DNA of 44,341 bases from a virus (lineage: Duplodnaviria; Caudoviricetes), in the IMG/VR virus record IMGVR_UViG_3300020467_001103, positions 1 through 44,341 of that record. One strand, 5' to 3'. The notes under the pieces were generated by a model. That model did no database searches, was not told the DNA's origin, and saw nothing but the letters and a program-made list of their open reading frames with translations. Below, one piece after another: positions 9,141 to 16,624 of the stretch. Each line of letters starts with the position of its first letter. The first letter of the stretch is position 1. The translations under genes were made by a program, and so were the position numbers.

Positions 9141-10241
9141 ATGGCGAAAACAGTTTTTAATAGAAAAGATATAGACTTTACAAAGGAACCTATGTTCTTT
9201 GGTGAGGATCAAAATGTGCAGAGATACGATGTATTCAAGTATCCGCAGTTTGATAAACTTAACCAAACAATGTTAGGATACTTTTGGAGACCTGAGGAAG
9301 TTTCTTTACAAAAAGATAGAGCAGACTTCCAAACATTCAGACCAGAACAAAAACACATATTCACATCTAACTTAAAGTATCAAACACTATTAGACAGTGT
9401 GCAAGGCAGAGGACCATGTTTAAGTTTCTTACCATATGTTTCTAATCCTGAATTAGAAGGATGTATTGTTACTTGGGACTTTTTCGAAACTATCCATTCA
9501 AGAGCATACACACACATAATGAAGAATGTCTATTCGGATCCTGCTGAAGTATTTGACACTATTTTAAATGATAAAGAAATATTAAAAAGAGCAGAATCAG
9601 TTACAGAAAACTATGACAGATTTAGTGAGATGGCACAAGACTACACAGTCAAAGGCAAAGGTGATTTAGATGAAGTGAAAAAACAATTATATCTTGCAAT
9701 GGTAAATGTTAACCTGCTTGAAGGTTTAAGGTTCTATGTATCATTTGCTTGTACATTTGCATTTGGCGAACTTAAACTTATGGAAGGTTCTGCAAAGTTA
9801 CTTTCATTGATTGCTAGAGATGAAGCAACACACTTGAACTTATCAACACACGTTATCAAAGCATGGCAAAGAGGTGATGACAAAGGTATGAGCAAAGTTA
9901 TAAAAGGCTTAGATAAAACTGTGATCCAAATGTTTAAGAATTGTGTTGAAGAAGAAAAAGCATGGGCAAAACATTTATTTAAGGACGGTTCAATTATTGG
10001 ACTTAATGAAAGACTGTTAGGAACTTATGTAGAATGGATTGCGAACAAAAGATTAAGAGCATTAGGTTTCGATCCACTTTATGATGTATCTGCTTCACAA
10101 AATCCTCTACCATGGACACAGCACTGGTTGTCATCTAAAGGTATGCAGATTGCTCCACAAGAAACTGAAATAGAATCTTACATCATTGGTGGAGTTAAAC
10201 AGGACGTTAAAAAAGGTCAGTTTTCTAAATTCAAATTATAA
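9141..10241 (+). CDS. nrdB: Ribonucleoside-diphosphate reductase class Ia beta subunit
   Basis: FWRPEEV, LLDSVQ, ETIHSRAY (radical Tyr), EGLRFYVSF, RDEATH, APQETEIESY. Confidence 0.98.
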   Translation: MAKTVFNRKDIDFTKEPMFFGEDQNVQRYDVFKYPQFDKLNQTMLGYFWRPEEVSLQKDRADFQTFRPEQKHIFTSNLKYQTLLDSVQGRGPCLSFLPYVSNPELEGCIVTWDFFETIHSRAYTHIMKNVYSDPAEVFDTILNDKEILKRAESVTENYDRFSEMAQDYTVKGKGDLDEVKKQLYLAMVNVNLLEGLRFYVSFACTFAFGELKLMEGSAKLLSLIARDEATHLNLSTHVIKAWQRGDDKGMSKVIKGLDKTVIQMFKNCVEEEKAWAKHLFKDGSIIGLNERLLGTYVEWIANKRLRALGFDPLYDVSASQNPLPWTQHWLSSKGMQIAPQETEIESYIIGGVKQDVKKGQFSKFKL

Positions 10242-10414
10242 TGACTACTTACGAAGGAATGAATGGCTTGGAAGTTTTATACACTATCCTATTTGTTGAA
10301 TGGGACAAAGGACTTTGGGGCATAATAATATTAGGTTTAATCTTCGCATTAGTATCCATAATAACAGACGACAATTTCCAAAAATACATAAAGCACTTCA
10401 ATCAAGACATTTGA
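10241..10414 (+). CDS. Small membrane protein (57 aa, below ORF-track cutoff)
   Basis: TAATG coupling to nrdB; hydrophobic GLWGIIILGLIFALVSII. Confidence 0.6.
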   Translation: MTTYEGMNGLEVLYTILFVEWDKGLWGIIILGLIFALVSIITDDNFQKYIKHFNQDI

Positions 10415-10443
10415 TTGACTTTCCTAAAATAATTAAGTATAAT
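10415..10443 (+). promoter_or_regulatory. Sigma70-type promoter
   Basis: TTGACT-N17-TATAAT; AGGAG SD follows. Confidence 0.8.
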
Positions 10444-10467
10444 AAAGCAAATAGGAGAATACAATAG

Positions 10468-10737
10468 ATGTCAACAATTACGGAAGAATCAACAATAGTC
10501 TGGAGTAAGATGATGTGTCCGCAGTGTACCGCGGCAAAGCAGTTACTTAAACTGAACGAAATCACTTATGAAGAAAGAATGATAGGCGATGGTTGGAGTA
10601 AAGAACAATTACTCGAAGCAGTGCCAAATGCAAGAACAGTTCCTCAAATTATATTAAAGGGCAAATTAATTGGTGGATATGATCAACTACGAGCACACTT
10701 TAATAAAGAACAAGAGGAAAAAGATGTCACAAATTAA
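10468..10737 (+). CDS. Glutaredoxin
   Basis: CPQC active site, RTVPQI, IGGYDQL; adjacent to nrdAB. Confidence 0.93.
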   Translation: MSTITEESTIVWSKMMCPQCTAAKQLLKLNEITYEERMIGDGWSKEQLLEAVPNARTVPQIILKGKLIGGYDQLRAHFNKEQEEKDVTN

Positions 10738-11011
10738 TGAAGGCGATACAGTCAGTATCAAATTTACCAGCGGTGAAGAAATAATTGCTAGATTCATTTC
10801 AGATGATGGAGCAGTAGTAAACATCCAGAGACCTATGGCATTGGTTAATCTTGCAAGTGGTATTGGACTAGGACCATTCATGTTCACTGTGCCAAAGTTT
10901 TCTGAATTGCCGATCAATAAAAATTTAGTACTTACAATGGTGAAGACCGAAGTAGAGTTCGCTAAAAAATACGCAGAAGGTACCACAGGACTTAAATTCA
11001 CTAATAAATGA
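10724..11011 (+). CDS. Conserved phage protein, possible Sm-like fold
   Basis: IKFTSGEEIIAR motif common in T4-like phages; ATG 10724 after GAGG. Confidence 0.6.
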   Translation: MSQINEGDTVSIKFTSGEEIIARFISDDGAVVNIQRPMALVNLASGIGLGPFMFTVPKFSELPINKNLVLTMVKTEVEFAKKYAEGTTGLKFTNK

Positions 11012-11601
11012 CCAAACTAATAGCCACTGATTGCGATGGTGTACTTTTCAAATGGGAGGAGATGTTTGACAAGTATATGAAGATTAATGGCTTCGAAAAG
11101 AAAACTCAGGATCATTACGAACTACATATGAATTATCAGATACCCGAAGCAGAAATGCCGGTGTTGGTAAAGATATTCAACGAGAGTGCCTATATGAGAT
11201 ACCTGGAACCAGTGGAAGGAGCAGTTGAATATGTTAAAAAACTTGCTGACGAAGGTTGGAGGTTCCATGTGATTACGTCTCAAAGCACTGATAAGATAGC
11301 CAACCAAGCACGAAAAGACAACTTGAAAGATGTATTTGGAGATGTGTTCCAAGATTTTACATTTTTGGACACAGGCGGAGGCAAGATTGATGCACTAAAA
11401 AATTTGGTACCAGGCACTTGGTGGATAGAAGACAAACCAAAAAATGCCTTTGATGGTGCCGTTCTAGGTTTGGCATCAATACTACTTGACCTTCCGCACA
11501 ATTCAAGTTATACTATAAACAAACAAATGAATTTCCAGAGAGCAAAAGACTGGAAACACATTTATGATATCATAAAGGAGAAACATTATGTCAACACATG
11601 A
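11008..11601 (+). CDS. HAD-family 5'(3')-deoxyribonucleotidase-like protein
   Basis: DCDGVL motif I, VITS motif II, WIEDK motif IV. Confidence 0.85.
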   Translation: MTKLIATDCDGVLFKWEEMFDKYMKINGFEKKTQDHYELHMNYQIPEAEMPVLVKIFNESAYMRYLEPVEGAVEYVKKLADEGWRFHVITSQSTDKIANQARKDNLKDVFGDVFQDFTFLDTGGGKIDALKNLVPGTWWIEDKPKNAFDGAVLGLASILLDLPHNSSYTINKQMNFQRAKDWKHIYDIIKEKHYVNT

Positions 11602-11764
11602 TGAAATAAAAACAGCCTACGAAAGTTATGTTGCAGAGCAAGAAGCCTTCGAAACAAAAGGTGTAAAAGCGGCGGCGGCTAGAGCCAGAAAGGCTTTAGG
11701 AAACTTAGGCAAATTAAGTAAAACAAGAAGAAAAGAAATACAAGAGAAGAAAAACTCTATGTAA
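11588..11764 (+). CDS. Histone H1-like (Hc1-type) small basic protein, 58 aa
   Basis: ...FETKGVKAAAARARKALGNLGKLSKTRRKEIQEKKN; AGGAG SD. Confidence 0.8.
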   Translation: MSTHDEIKTAYESYVAEQEAFETKGVKAAAARARKALGNLGKLSKTRRKEIQEKKNSM

Positions 11765-11770
11765 TTCAAT

Positions 11771-11800
11771 TTGGTTGCTTGGCACACGTCAAGCAACCAA
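11771..11800 (+). terminator. Stem-loop (terminator or processing site)
   Basis: TTGGTTGCTTG...CAAGCAACCAA inverted repeat; weak U tail. Confidence 0.6.
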
Positions 11801-11861
11801 TCTTATCCCTATTTGATAAATAATATTTGATATATAATATCACTACGGGAATATATAAAGT

Positions 11862-12080
11862 ATGGAAAAAGGCAAGGTAAAATGGTTCAACTCCGCAAAA
11901 GGTTTTGGATTCATAACACCAGACATTGAGGGCAAAGACGTATTTCTTCACATTTCAGCACTAAAAGCCGCTAACATAAAAGAAGTTATGGACGGTGACG
12001 TGATTGAATACACTCTACAAGAGTTCAGAGGAAGACAAGTAGCGTCTGACATCAAAGTAATCAAAAACTTCAATCAATAA
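11862..12080 (+). CDS. cspA: Cold-shock protein
   Basis: GKVKWFN, KGFGFI (RNP1), DVFLHIS (RNP2). Confidence 0.95.
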   Translation: MEKGKVKWFNSAKGFGFITPDIEGKDVFLHISALKAANIKEVMDGDVIEYTLQEFRGRQVASDIKVIKNFNQ

Positions 12081-12083
12081 TCA

Positions 12084-12113
12084 TTGACAAACTGACAATA
12101 TTCTGTTTAAATA
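12084..12113 (+). promoter_or_regulatory. Promoter for tmRNA
   Basis: TTGACA at 12084 and overlapping TTAAAT/TAAATA at 12107-12113. Confidence 0.65.
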
Positions 12114-12118
12114 CAGAG

Positions 12119-12444
12119 TAGGCGTTGAAGTGTGAGTAATAAACATTTAGGACGTCGGGGCAGTACCGACCACCTCCACCAAATCGTTCACGCAAAACAC
12201 ATTGTCACTTTGTGTTTTACGGGGGTGATATAGGTTCGACTAGTGTCTAAAAGCACATGGAGTTTACCAGTAAGATCTCTGTAAAAGGTCATTCATAAAT
12301 GCAAACGCATTTAAACCAGAAGTGACAGTTCCAGTCAGCATATTCGCTGATGCGGAATTGGTTGCCGCTTAATACCGGCCACTTGGCGGAGTAGACTAGC
12401 CGGGCAACAGAAGTAGTCAGGTGTGGGAGTTTCGGCTCCCACAC
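12119..12444 (+). ncRNA. ssrA: Circularly permuted two-piece tmRNA (alphaproteobacterial type)
   Basis: Acceptor piece T-arm GTCGG-GGCAGTA-CCGAC plus CACCTCC-ACCA (12154-12181); intervening hairpin 12182-12220; coding piece starts GGGGGTG (12221), giving the G3:U70 Ala determinant; tag 12301-12372 ANAFKPEVTVPVSIFADAELVAA*; outer ends approximate. Confidence 0.93.
12421..12444 (+). terminator. Strong hairpin closing the tmRNA
   Basis: GTGTGGGAG-TTTCGG-CTCCCACAC. Confidence 0.75.
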
Positions 12445-12524
12445 TATAAACACATCTTATAACTTATCATTGCACTAAACTTCACACATCTACAATCTAA
12501 ATATTAATGTGATTGGAGGAGATT

Positions 12525-12803
12525 ATGCGTACTCGTACTAGGACACAGTCTTCTAAAACTCTATGGAAGAAATGGAAGAAGAAGGCGCCCAAGGTGCCTG
12601 ATATTACTTGCCCTATTATTGACGATGTTTTACAACGTATCGAGAAGCATCAACAGAAAGGTAAAGTGATGTCGCAGTACCAATGGGACATAATTCAAAG
12701 ACGAATGGAACAACTCCGAACTGATAATGAACTATTAAGAGAAAGCGGAATTTACTGGTATAATATCTGTAAAGATCGTTACAAAGATTTAAAAGATAAG
12801 TAG
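12525..12803 (+). CDS. Hypothetical protein
   Basis: GGAGG SD before ATG 12525; TAAATA upstream. Confidence 0.7.
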   Translation: MRTRTRTQSSKTLWKKWKKKAPKVPDITCPIIDDVLQRIEKHQQKGKVMSQYQWDIIQRRMEQLRTDNELLRESGIYWYNICKDRYKDLKDK

Positions 12804-12810
12804 TTTTAAT

Positions 12811-13017
12811 ATGTGGAAAGTGATTATAATAGTGTGTACATTAGGCAATCCTTGTGTCGTGTTTGACGAGGATCCTGTCAAATATTACAAAGACAAGAAT
12901 GAATGTATGGAAGTTGCAAATCAAAAAGGTTCGGGACTCATACAAACCTTCGGCGAATTCGGATACGCAGTCACAGACTCCAGAATTTCCTGCGAACAGG
13001 ACAATAATTCTTTATAA
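12811..13017 (+). CDS. Small Cys-containing hypothetical protein
   Basis: Hydrophobic N-terminus, four Cys. Confidence 0.6.
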   Translation: MWKVIIIVCTLGNPCVVFDEDPVKYYKDKNECMEVANQKGSGLIQTFGEFGYAVTDSRISCEQDNNSL

Positions 13018-13046
13018 AATCCAATAAAATAGCGACTTTTTTACAC

Positions 13047-13075
13047 TTGACCCTAGTGCCAAAATCATATATAAT
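13047..13075 (+). promoter_or_regulatory. Sigma70-type promoter, leaderless-type spacing
   Basis: TTGACC-N17-TATAAT, ATG 6 nt downstream. Confidence 0.75.
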
Positions 13076-13081
13076 ATAGGT

Positions 13082-13771
13082 ATGAAAAGGGTACAAAAGT
13101 CTAAGGAGTCTGTGTCTACACCTACAATAGGTTCTAAGATAAAGACATTCTTAATTAAAACATTTTTTGTAGCACTGGTGATTGGTGTGGCTTTTGGAGC
13201 AGGTACATTCAAACCTAATTTTATTGTAGTAAAACAAATCCAACAAGAAGAAGATAAAAAGATGGTTGCACTTGCAAAAGAGTTCGGACTACACGAACCT
13301 GATTTTACATTTAAAAACAACAAAGAATTTGTGTTATCTATGAACAAATGCATAGACTATCTTAATTGGACGACAGCATCCGACCAAAGAATACCAAGAG
13401 ATATTATAGTTGCAATGGCTATTGTAGAATCCGCTTATGGTACAAGTAGATTTGCAACAGAAGGTAATGCACTATTTGGTGTGAGGACTTGGAGTAAAGA
13501 TGTTCCGCAGATGAAACCTTTAGCAATACCTAACGCAAAATTTGGTGTAAAGAAATACAAAACAAAATGCCAAAGTGTAGCAGATGTAATAGACATTTTG
13601 AATAGACATCCAGCATATGAAGAATTTAGAACAGAAAGAACCAAGCAGTTGAAAGATGGCAATATAGATTATACCAAATTAGTTAATGGACTTAAGGCTT
13701 GGTCAACCAATGAAATGTACAGCCAAATTATATTGGCAAAAATTAAATCAATCAACGCAGTTGACAAATAA
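13082..13771 (+). CDS. Membrane-anchored glucosaminidase (GH73/Bax-like peptidoglycan hydrolase)
   Basis: N-terminal TM; AMAIVESAYGTSRFA..GNALFG, HPAYEEFR motifs. Confidence 0.88.
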   Translation: MKRVQKSKESVSTPTIGSKIKTFLIKTFFVALVIGVAFGAGTFKPNFIVVKQIQQEEDKKMVALAKEFGLHEPDFTFKNNKEFVLSMNKCIDYLNWTTASDQRIPRDIIVAMAIVESAYGTSRFATEGNALFGVRTWSKDVPQMKPLAIPNAKFGVKKYKTKCQSVADVIDILNRHPAYEEFRTERTKQLKDGNIDYTKLVNGLKAWSTNEMYSQIILAKIKSINAVDK

Positions 13772-13789
13772 TTAAATATAACGTAATAT
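13761..13789 (+). promoter_or_regulatory. Sigma70-type promoter
   Basis: TTGACA-N17-TAATAT, ATG 5 nt downstream. Confidence 0.7.
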
Positions 13790-13794
13790 TAAAT

Positions 13795-14166
13795 ATGGGG
13801 TTTATACAATTGAAATTACCTAAGAGATTAAGATTAAAACTGCCTAACACTTCTTCCTTGCGTAAGGCTAGAGAGGAATACAGGAAGTGGCTTAAAGAGA
13901 GAGGTTTGGACAAGTTGAAGCCTCGGAATAAGACTGAAGAATTTAAGTTCGAGCCTGTGGTAGAAAGAACAGGTGTGCCGTTGGGCAATAAGATTCCTGT
14001 CAGCGGTGGCAAGAAAAGAGAGCAGTTATTTTATTCGGGCAAAAGAAAATTGATTGGTATAGCAACAATGCACAAAAGCAATCAAGTTCCTGTGTTCGCA
14101 GATGATGACGATGAAAAAGGAAGAAAAGCGGCAACTGAAATAACATTAATGAAAGGCAACAAGTGA
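13795..14166 (+). CDS. Conserved T4-like phage hypothetical protein
   Basis: IGIATMHKSNQVPVF motif. Confidence 0.7.
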   Translation: MGFIQLKLPKRLRLKLPNTSSLRKAREEYRKWLKERGLDKLKPRNKTEEFKFEPVVERTGVPLGNKIPVSGGKKREQLFYSGKRKLIGIATMHKSNQVPVFADDDDEKGRKAATEITLMKGNK

Positions 14167-14351
14167 ACCTATTGAGGTTAGCAATATTTGTATGTGGTAT
14201 AGCAATTATAATTTTAAGCATAGTAATTTATCAGCAACAACTGATGATCAACGAACTTCATATGGAGTGGATCAGCATAATGGAATTACTAATGGAATGG
14301 TTGAAAGAAAAAGGAATTCAGATTCCGGTGATGGAACCGACAGAGGTGTAG
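14163..14351 (+). CDS. Small membrane protein
   Basis: GTGA overlap; N-terminal TM helix. Confidence 0.55.
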   Translation: MNLLRLAIFVCGIAIIILSIVIYQQQLMINELHMEWISIMELLMEWLKEKGIQIPVMEPTEV

Positions 14352-14515
14352 ATGAAGAAGTGTGGAACTGGTATTGTTATGATTGTAGATGGCGTGGAGT
14401 CGCACAAGAACTTAAACAAGACGACGAATCAGAAGAAGGCTGGGTGTGTCCCAAGTGTGACAGCACTCGTATAGAAGACAGAGGATGGCATAGGGGGAAC
14501 GAAAAATGGACTTAG
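14297..14515 (+). CDS. Zinc-ribbon protein (start uncertain)
   Basis: CYDC...CPKC. Confidence 0.55.
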   Translation: MVERKRNSDSGDGTDRGVDEEVWNWYCYDCRWRGVAQELKQDDESEEGWVCPKCDSTRIEDRGWHRGNEKWT

Positions 14516-14655
14516 AAAGTGGATTACTTTTATTTTTTATTGGAATACCTTTTTCCGTATTTGTACTATGGGGATTAATTAGTTTTATAGGAGCAACAGA
14601 AAAACAAAGAGATAAAGATGAAGATTCCGACGATATCAATAAGTTCATATTTTGA
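14506..14655 (+). CDS. Small membrane protein (49 aa)
   Basis: MDLESGLLLFFIGIPFSVFVLWGLISFIG; purine-rich run upstream. Confidence 0.5.
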   Translation: MDLESGLLLFFIGIPFSVFVLWGLISFIGATEKQRDKDEDSDDINKFIF

Positions 14656-15130
14656 TTGGCTAAAGAAAGCCAAGTTGGTAGAACTTAAAGACATAGACAT
14701 AAGTTCAGATCCAGTAAGACCTGATCTACCAGTGTCTTGGAGAACTAACCATGGTAGAAAAATGTTCGGTCTATATTATGGAGACGATTTAATGGCTGTG
14801 ATGTGTTTCGCATACACCAATGAAGTTCCTACAACATTATACGAATTAGATAAGTTGAGTGAAGTAGCACATTTAGAAAGTGTGCATAGAGTAGGACAAC
14901 AAGGAAAGATTGCAGTGGCTTATACGGTATGGAGTCTTAAAAAGGGCGGTGGGCGAATGATAGTAAACGAAGTCCACAAAATGATTAAGGAGTCCAGTCA
15001 TTTAACTAGATTGGTTACACTTTCGCCATTAACGCAGATGGCTGAGAAATTCCATTTAAGGAATGGTGCCAAACTATTACAGAAGAATTTATGGACTCAA
15101 AACTTCGAATATCACTTCGATAACAAATAA
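14618..15130 (+). CDS. GNAT-fold protein
   Basis: YTVWSLKKGGGRMIV (acyl-CoA loop-like), VTLSP, AEKFHLRNGA. Confidence 0.55.
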   Translation: MKIPTISISSYFDWLKKAKLVELKDIDISSDPVRPDLPVSWRTNHGRKMFGLYYGDDLMAVMCFAYTNEVPTTLYELDKLSEVAHLESVHRVGQQGKIAVAYTVWSLKKGGGRMIVNEVHKMIKESSHLTRLVTLSPLTQMAEKFHLRNGAKLLQKNLWTQNFEYHFDNK

Positions 15131-15151
15131 TTTTGGTAACATTACCAAAAT
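15130..15151. promoter_or_regulatory. Perfect inverted repeat, possible operator
   Basis: ATTTTGGTAA-CA-TTACCAAAAT. Confidence 0.45.
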
Positions 15152-15189
15152 AGTTCAACAATCACGCCAAAAAATAAAAACCAAATTAC

Positions 15190-15218
15190 TTGACTATTTT
15201 TCCAAAATCTTATATAAT
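15190..15218 (+). promoter_or_regulatory. Sigma70-type promoter
   Basis: TTGACT-N17-TATAAT; GAGGAGG SD. Confidence 0.8.
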
Positions 15219-15240
15219 GTAAAGATAAAAGAGGAGGCTT

Positions 15241-15831
15241 ATGAAAAGGCACTTAAACATAATAATGGTATTAGCACTGGCATTCGTGTTATCCGCTTGT
15301 TCGGGTAGGATGGTAAACTTGCCAACTGAAAATACTAAAGCGAAGAAAGTACCTAATTGGTATTTGAAGCACCAAGACACAGGTAAAGAAGGAGTATTGT
15401 TTAAAGGTTACTATTATGCAGTAGCGGTAGCAGTATCTCCAGATATGGAAATGTCTATGAAGAAGGCAGTTCTTAAAGCAAAGGCGAAGATCACTGACAG
15501 GATAAATGGTGAGATGAACAATAAGACATCTATCATTTACACTGAAAAAGGTGCTCCAGAGTCTATGACAGGTGTTGTTGAATCTAACGATACTATTGTT
15601 AATATGATTAAACAGACAGTTCTTAGAACTTATTCTGTTGAAAAGAAATTGACAATGTATAATAAAGATAAGAGCAATTACAGGTCATTTGTTTTGGTAA
15701 AAATATCCAAGAAGGATATTAATGCTATTATACAGTCGGTGGAAGAAAAGAATAATCTTAAACTAACATCGAAGATTAGTAGCACAATAGACAAAGCATC
15801 TAATAAAGTTCTTAAACAAACGAAGGACTAG
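15241..15831 (+). CDS. Lipoprotein, LPP20-like
   Basis: Signal peptide with lipobox LSAC; VPNWY, AVLKAKAKI. Confidence 0.75.
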   Translation: MKRHLNIIMVLALAFVLSACSGRMVNLPTENTKAKKVPNWYLKHQDTGKEGVLFKGYYYAVAVAVSPDMEMSMKKAVLKAKAKITDRINGEMNNKTSIIYTEKGAPESMTGVVESNDTIVNMIKQTVLRTYSVEKKLTMYNKDKSNYRSFVLVKISKKDINAIIQSVEEKNNLKLTSKISSTIDKASNKVLKQTKD

Positions 15832-15834
15832 TAT

Positions 15835-16191
15835 ATGAACTGGAATAGCATTATAGTTGCTATTAGTTTGGTAATGCTGACTATCTTCGTGACGTTAGGA
15901 TTCTTAATGACTCGAGCAGAAGCAGGTGGTCCATGGAGTGATCAATATTGCAATGCAAAAGTCGAGACCATAGTCGTTAAGAATGAAAAAGGCGAAGTAA
16001 TAGACAAACAGTCAGTTGAAACTTTAATATGCGACGACGGTAGAAACGATTTCCTTGCATTCAGTGGTATAGCAAAAGAATGCAAAGAGTATTGGTTCGA
16101 GATGTATGTTGCAGGAAAATGGCAAAGGAAGAGAGGATATGTCTGTCAAAAATTTGATGGCAGTTGGGAAATGGTTAATCCTATTAAGTAG
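15835..16191 (+). CDS. Secreted or membrane-anchored Cys-containing protein
   Basis: N-terminal TM/signal ending AEA; four Cys; CQKFDGSWE C-terminus. Confidence 0.65.
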   Translation: MNWNSIIVAISLVMLTIFVTLGFLMTRAEAGGPWSDQYCNAKVETIVVKNEKGEVIDKQSVETLICDDGRNDFLAFSGIAKECKEYWFEMYVAGKWQRKRGYVCQKFDGSWEMVNPIK

Positions 16192-16588
16192 TCTATCGTT
16201 GACTGCCTGTGGTACACCTACAAAAACAACCAACAGTCTATCTAGTCAGAAGAGTGTAAGCCACAATTACACACACGCAGGAACAGGTGTAGAAGTGTGG
16301 TATAACTTTGTAAGAAACAATATGGGCAAGTTATCTAAGGAAGATAAGAAGAAACAGGATGAGGCTGTTTTCTTTGCACTTAATAATTTAGATGATGGCA
16401 AAGTTGTATCTTGGCATAATATTAAAAAAGACACTCACGGCTATGTAAAAATAGTTGCAAGTTATCCACACGGTAGTGGTTATTGTAGAGTCGTGTTTAC
16501 CCAGATACAAAAGAAGGGTAATGCAAGGGACTTTAAAGAAACTGCCTGTAAGGATGTGTCCTATCGAGGTTGGCAATTTATACGGTAA
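16157..16588 (+). CDS. Lipoprotein, RT0821/17-kDa surface-antigen-like
   Basis: Lipobox LTAC; ALNN..GKVVSWHN, YCR, ETACK..GWQF. Confidence 0.75.
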   Translation: MAVGKWLILLSSLSLTACGTPTKTTNSLSSQKSVSHNYTHAGTGVEVWYNFVRNNMGKLSKEDKKKQDEAVFFALNNLDDGKVVSWHNIKKDTHGYVKIVASYPHGSGYCRVVFTQIQKKGNARDFKETACKDVSYRGWQFIR

Positions 16589-16624
16589 ATTAAGGTAAAT
16601 ATATAAACTTTTAAAGGAGTTTAT

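Noticed and set aside
6680-10241. Intein or intron in nrdA/nrdB
   Set aside because: Both ORFs are continuous with normal lengths and motif spacing
12151-12240. tRNA-Ala gene or attP remnant
   Set aside because: No anticodon arm, halves are in permuted order, and a tag ORF with terminator follows; better explained as two-piece tmRNA
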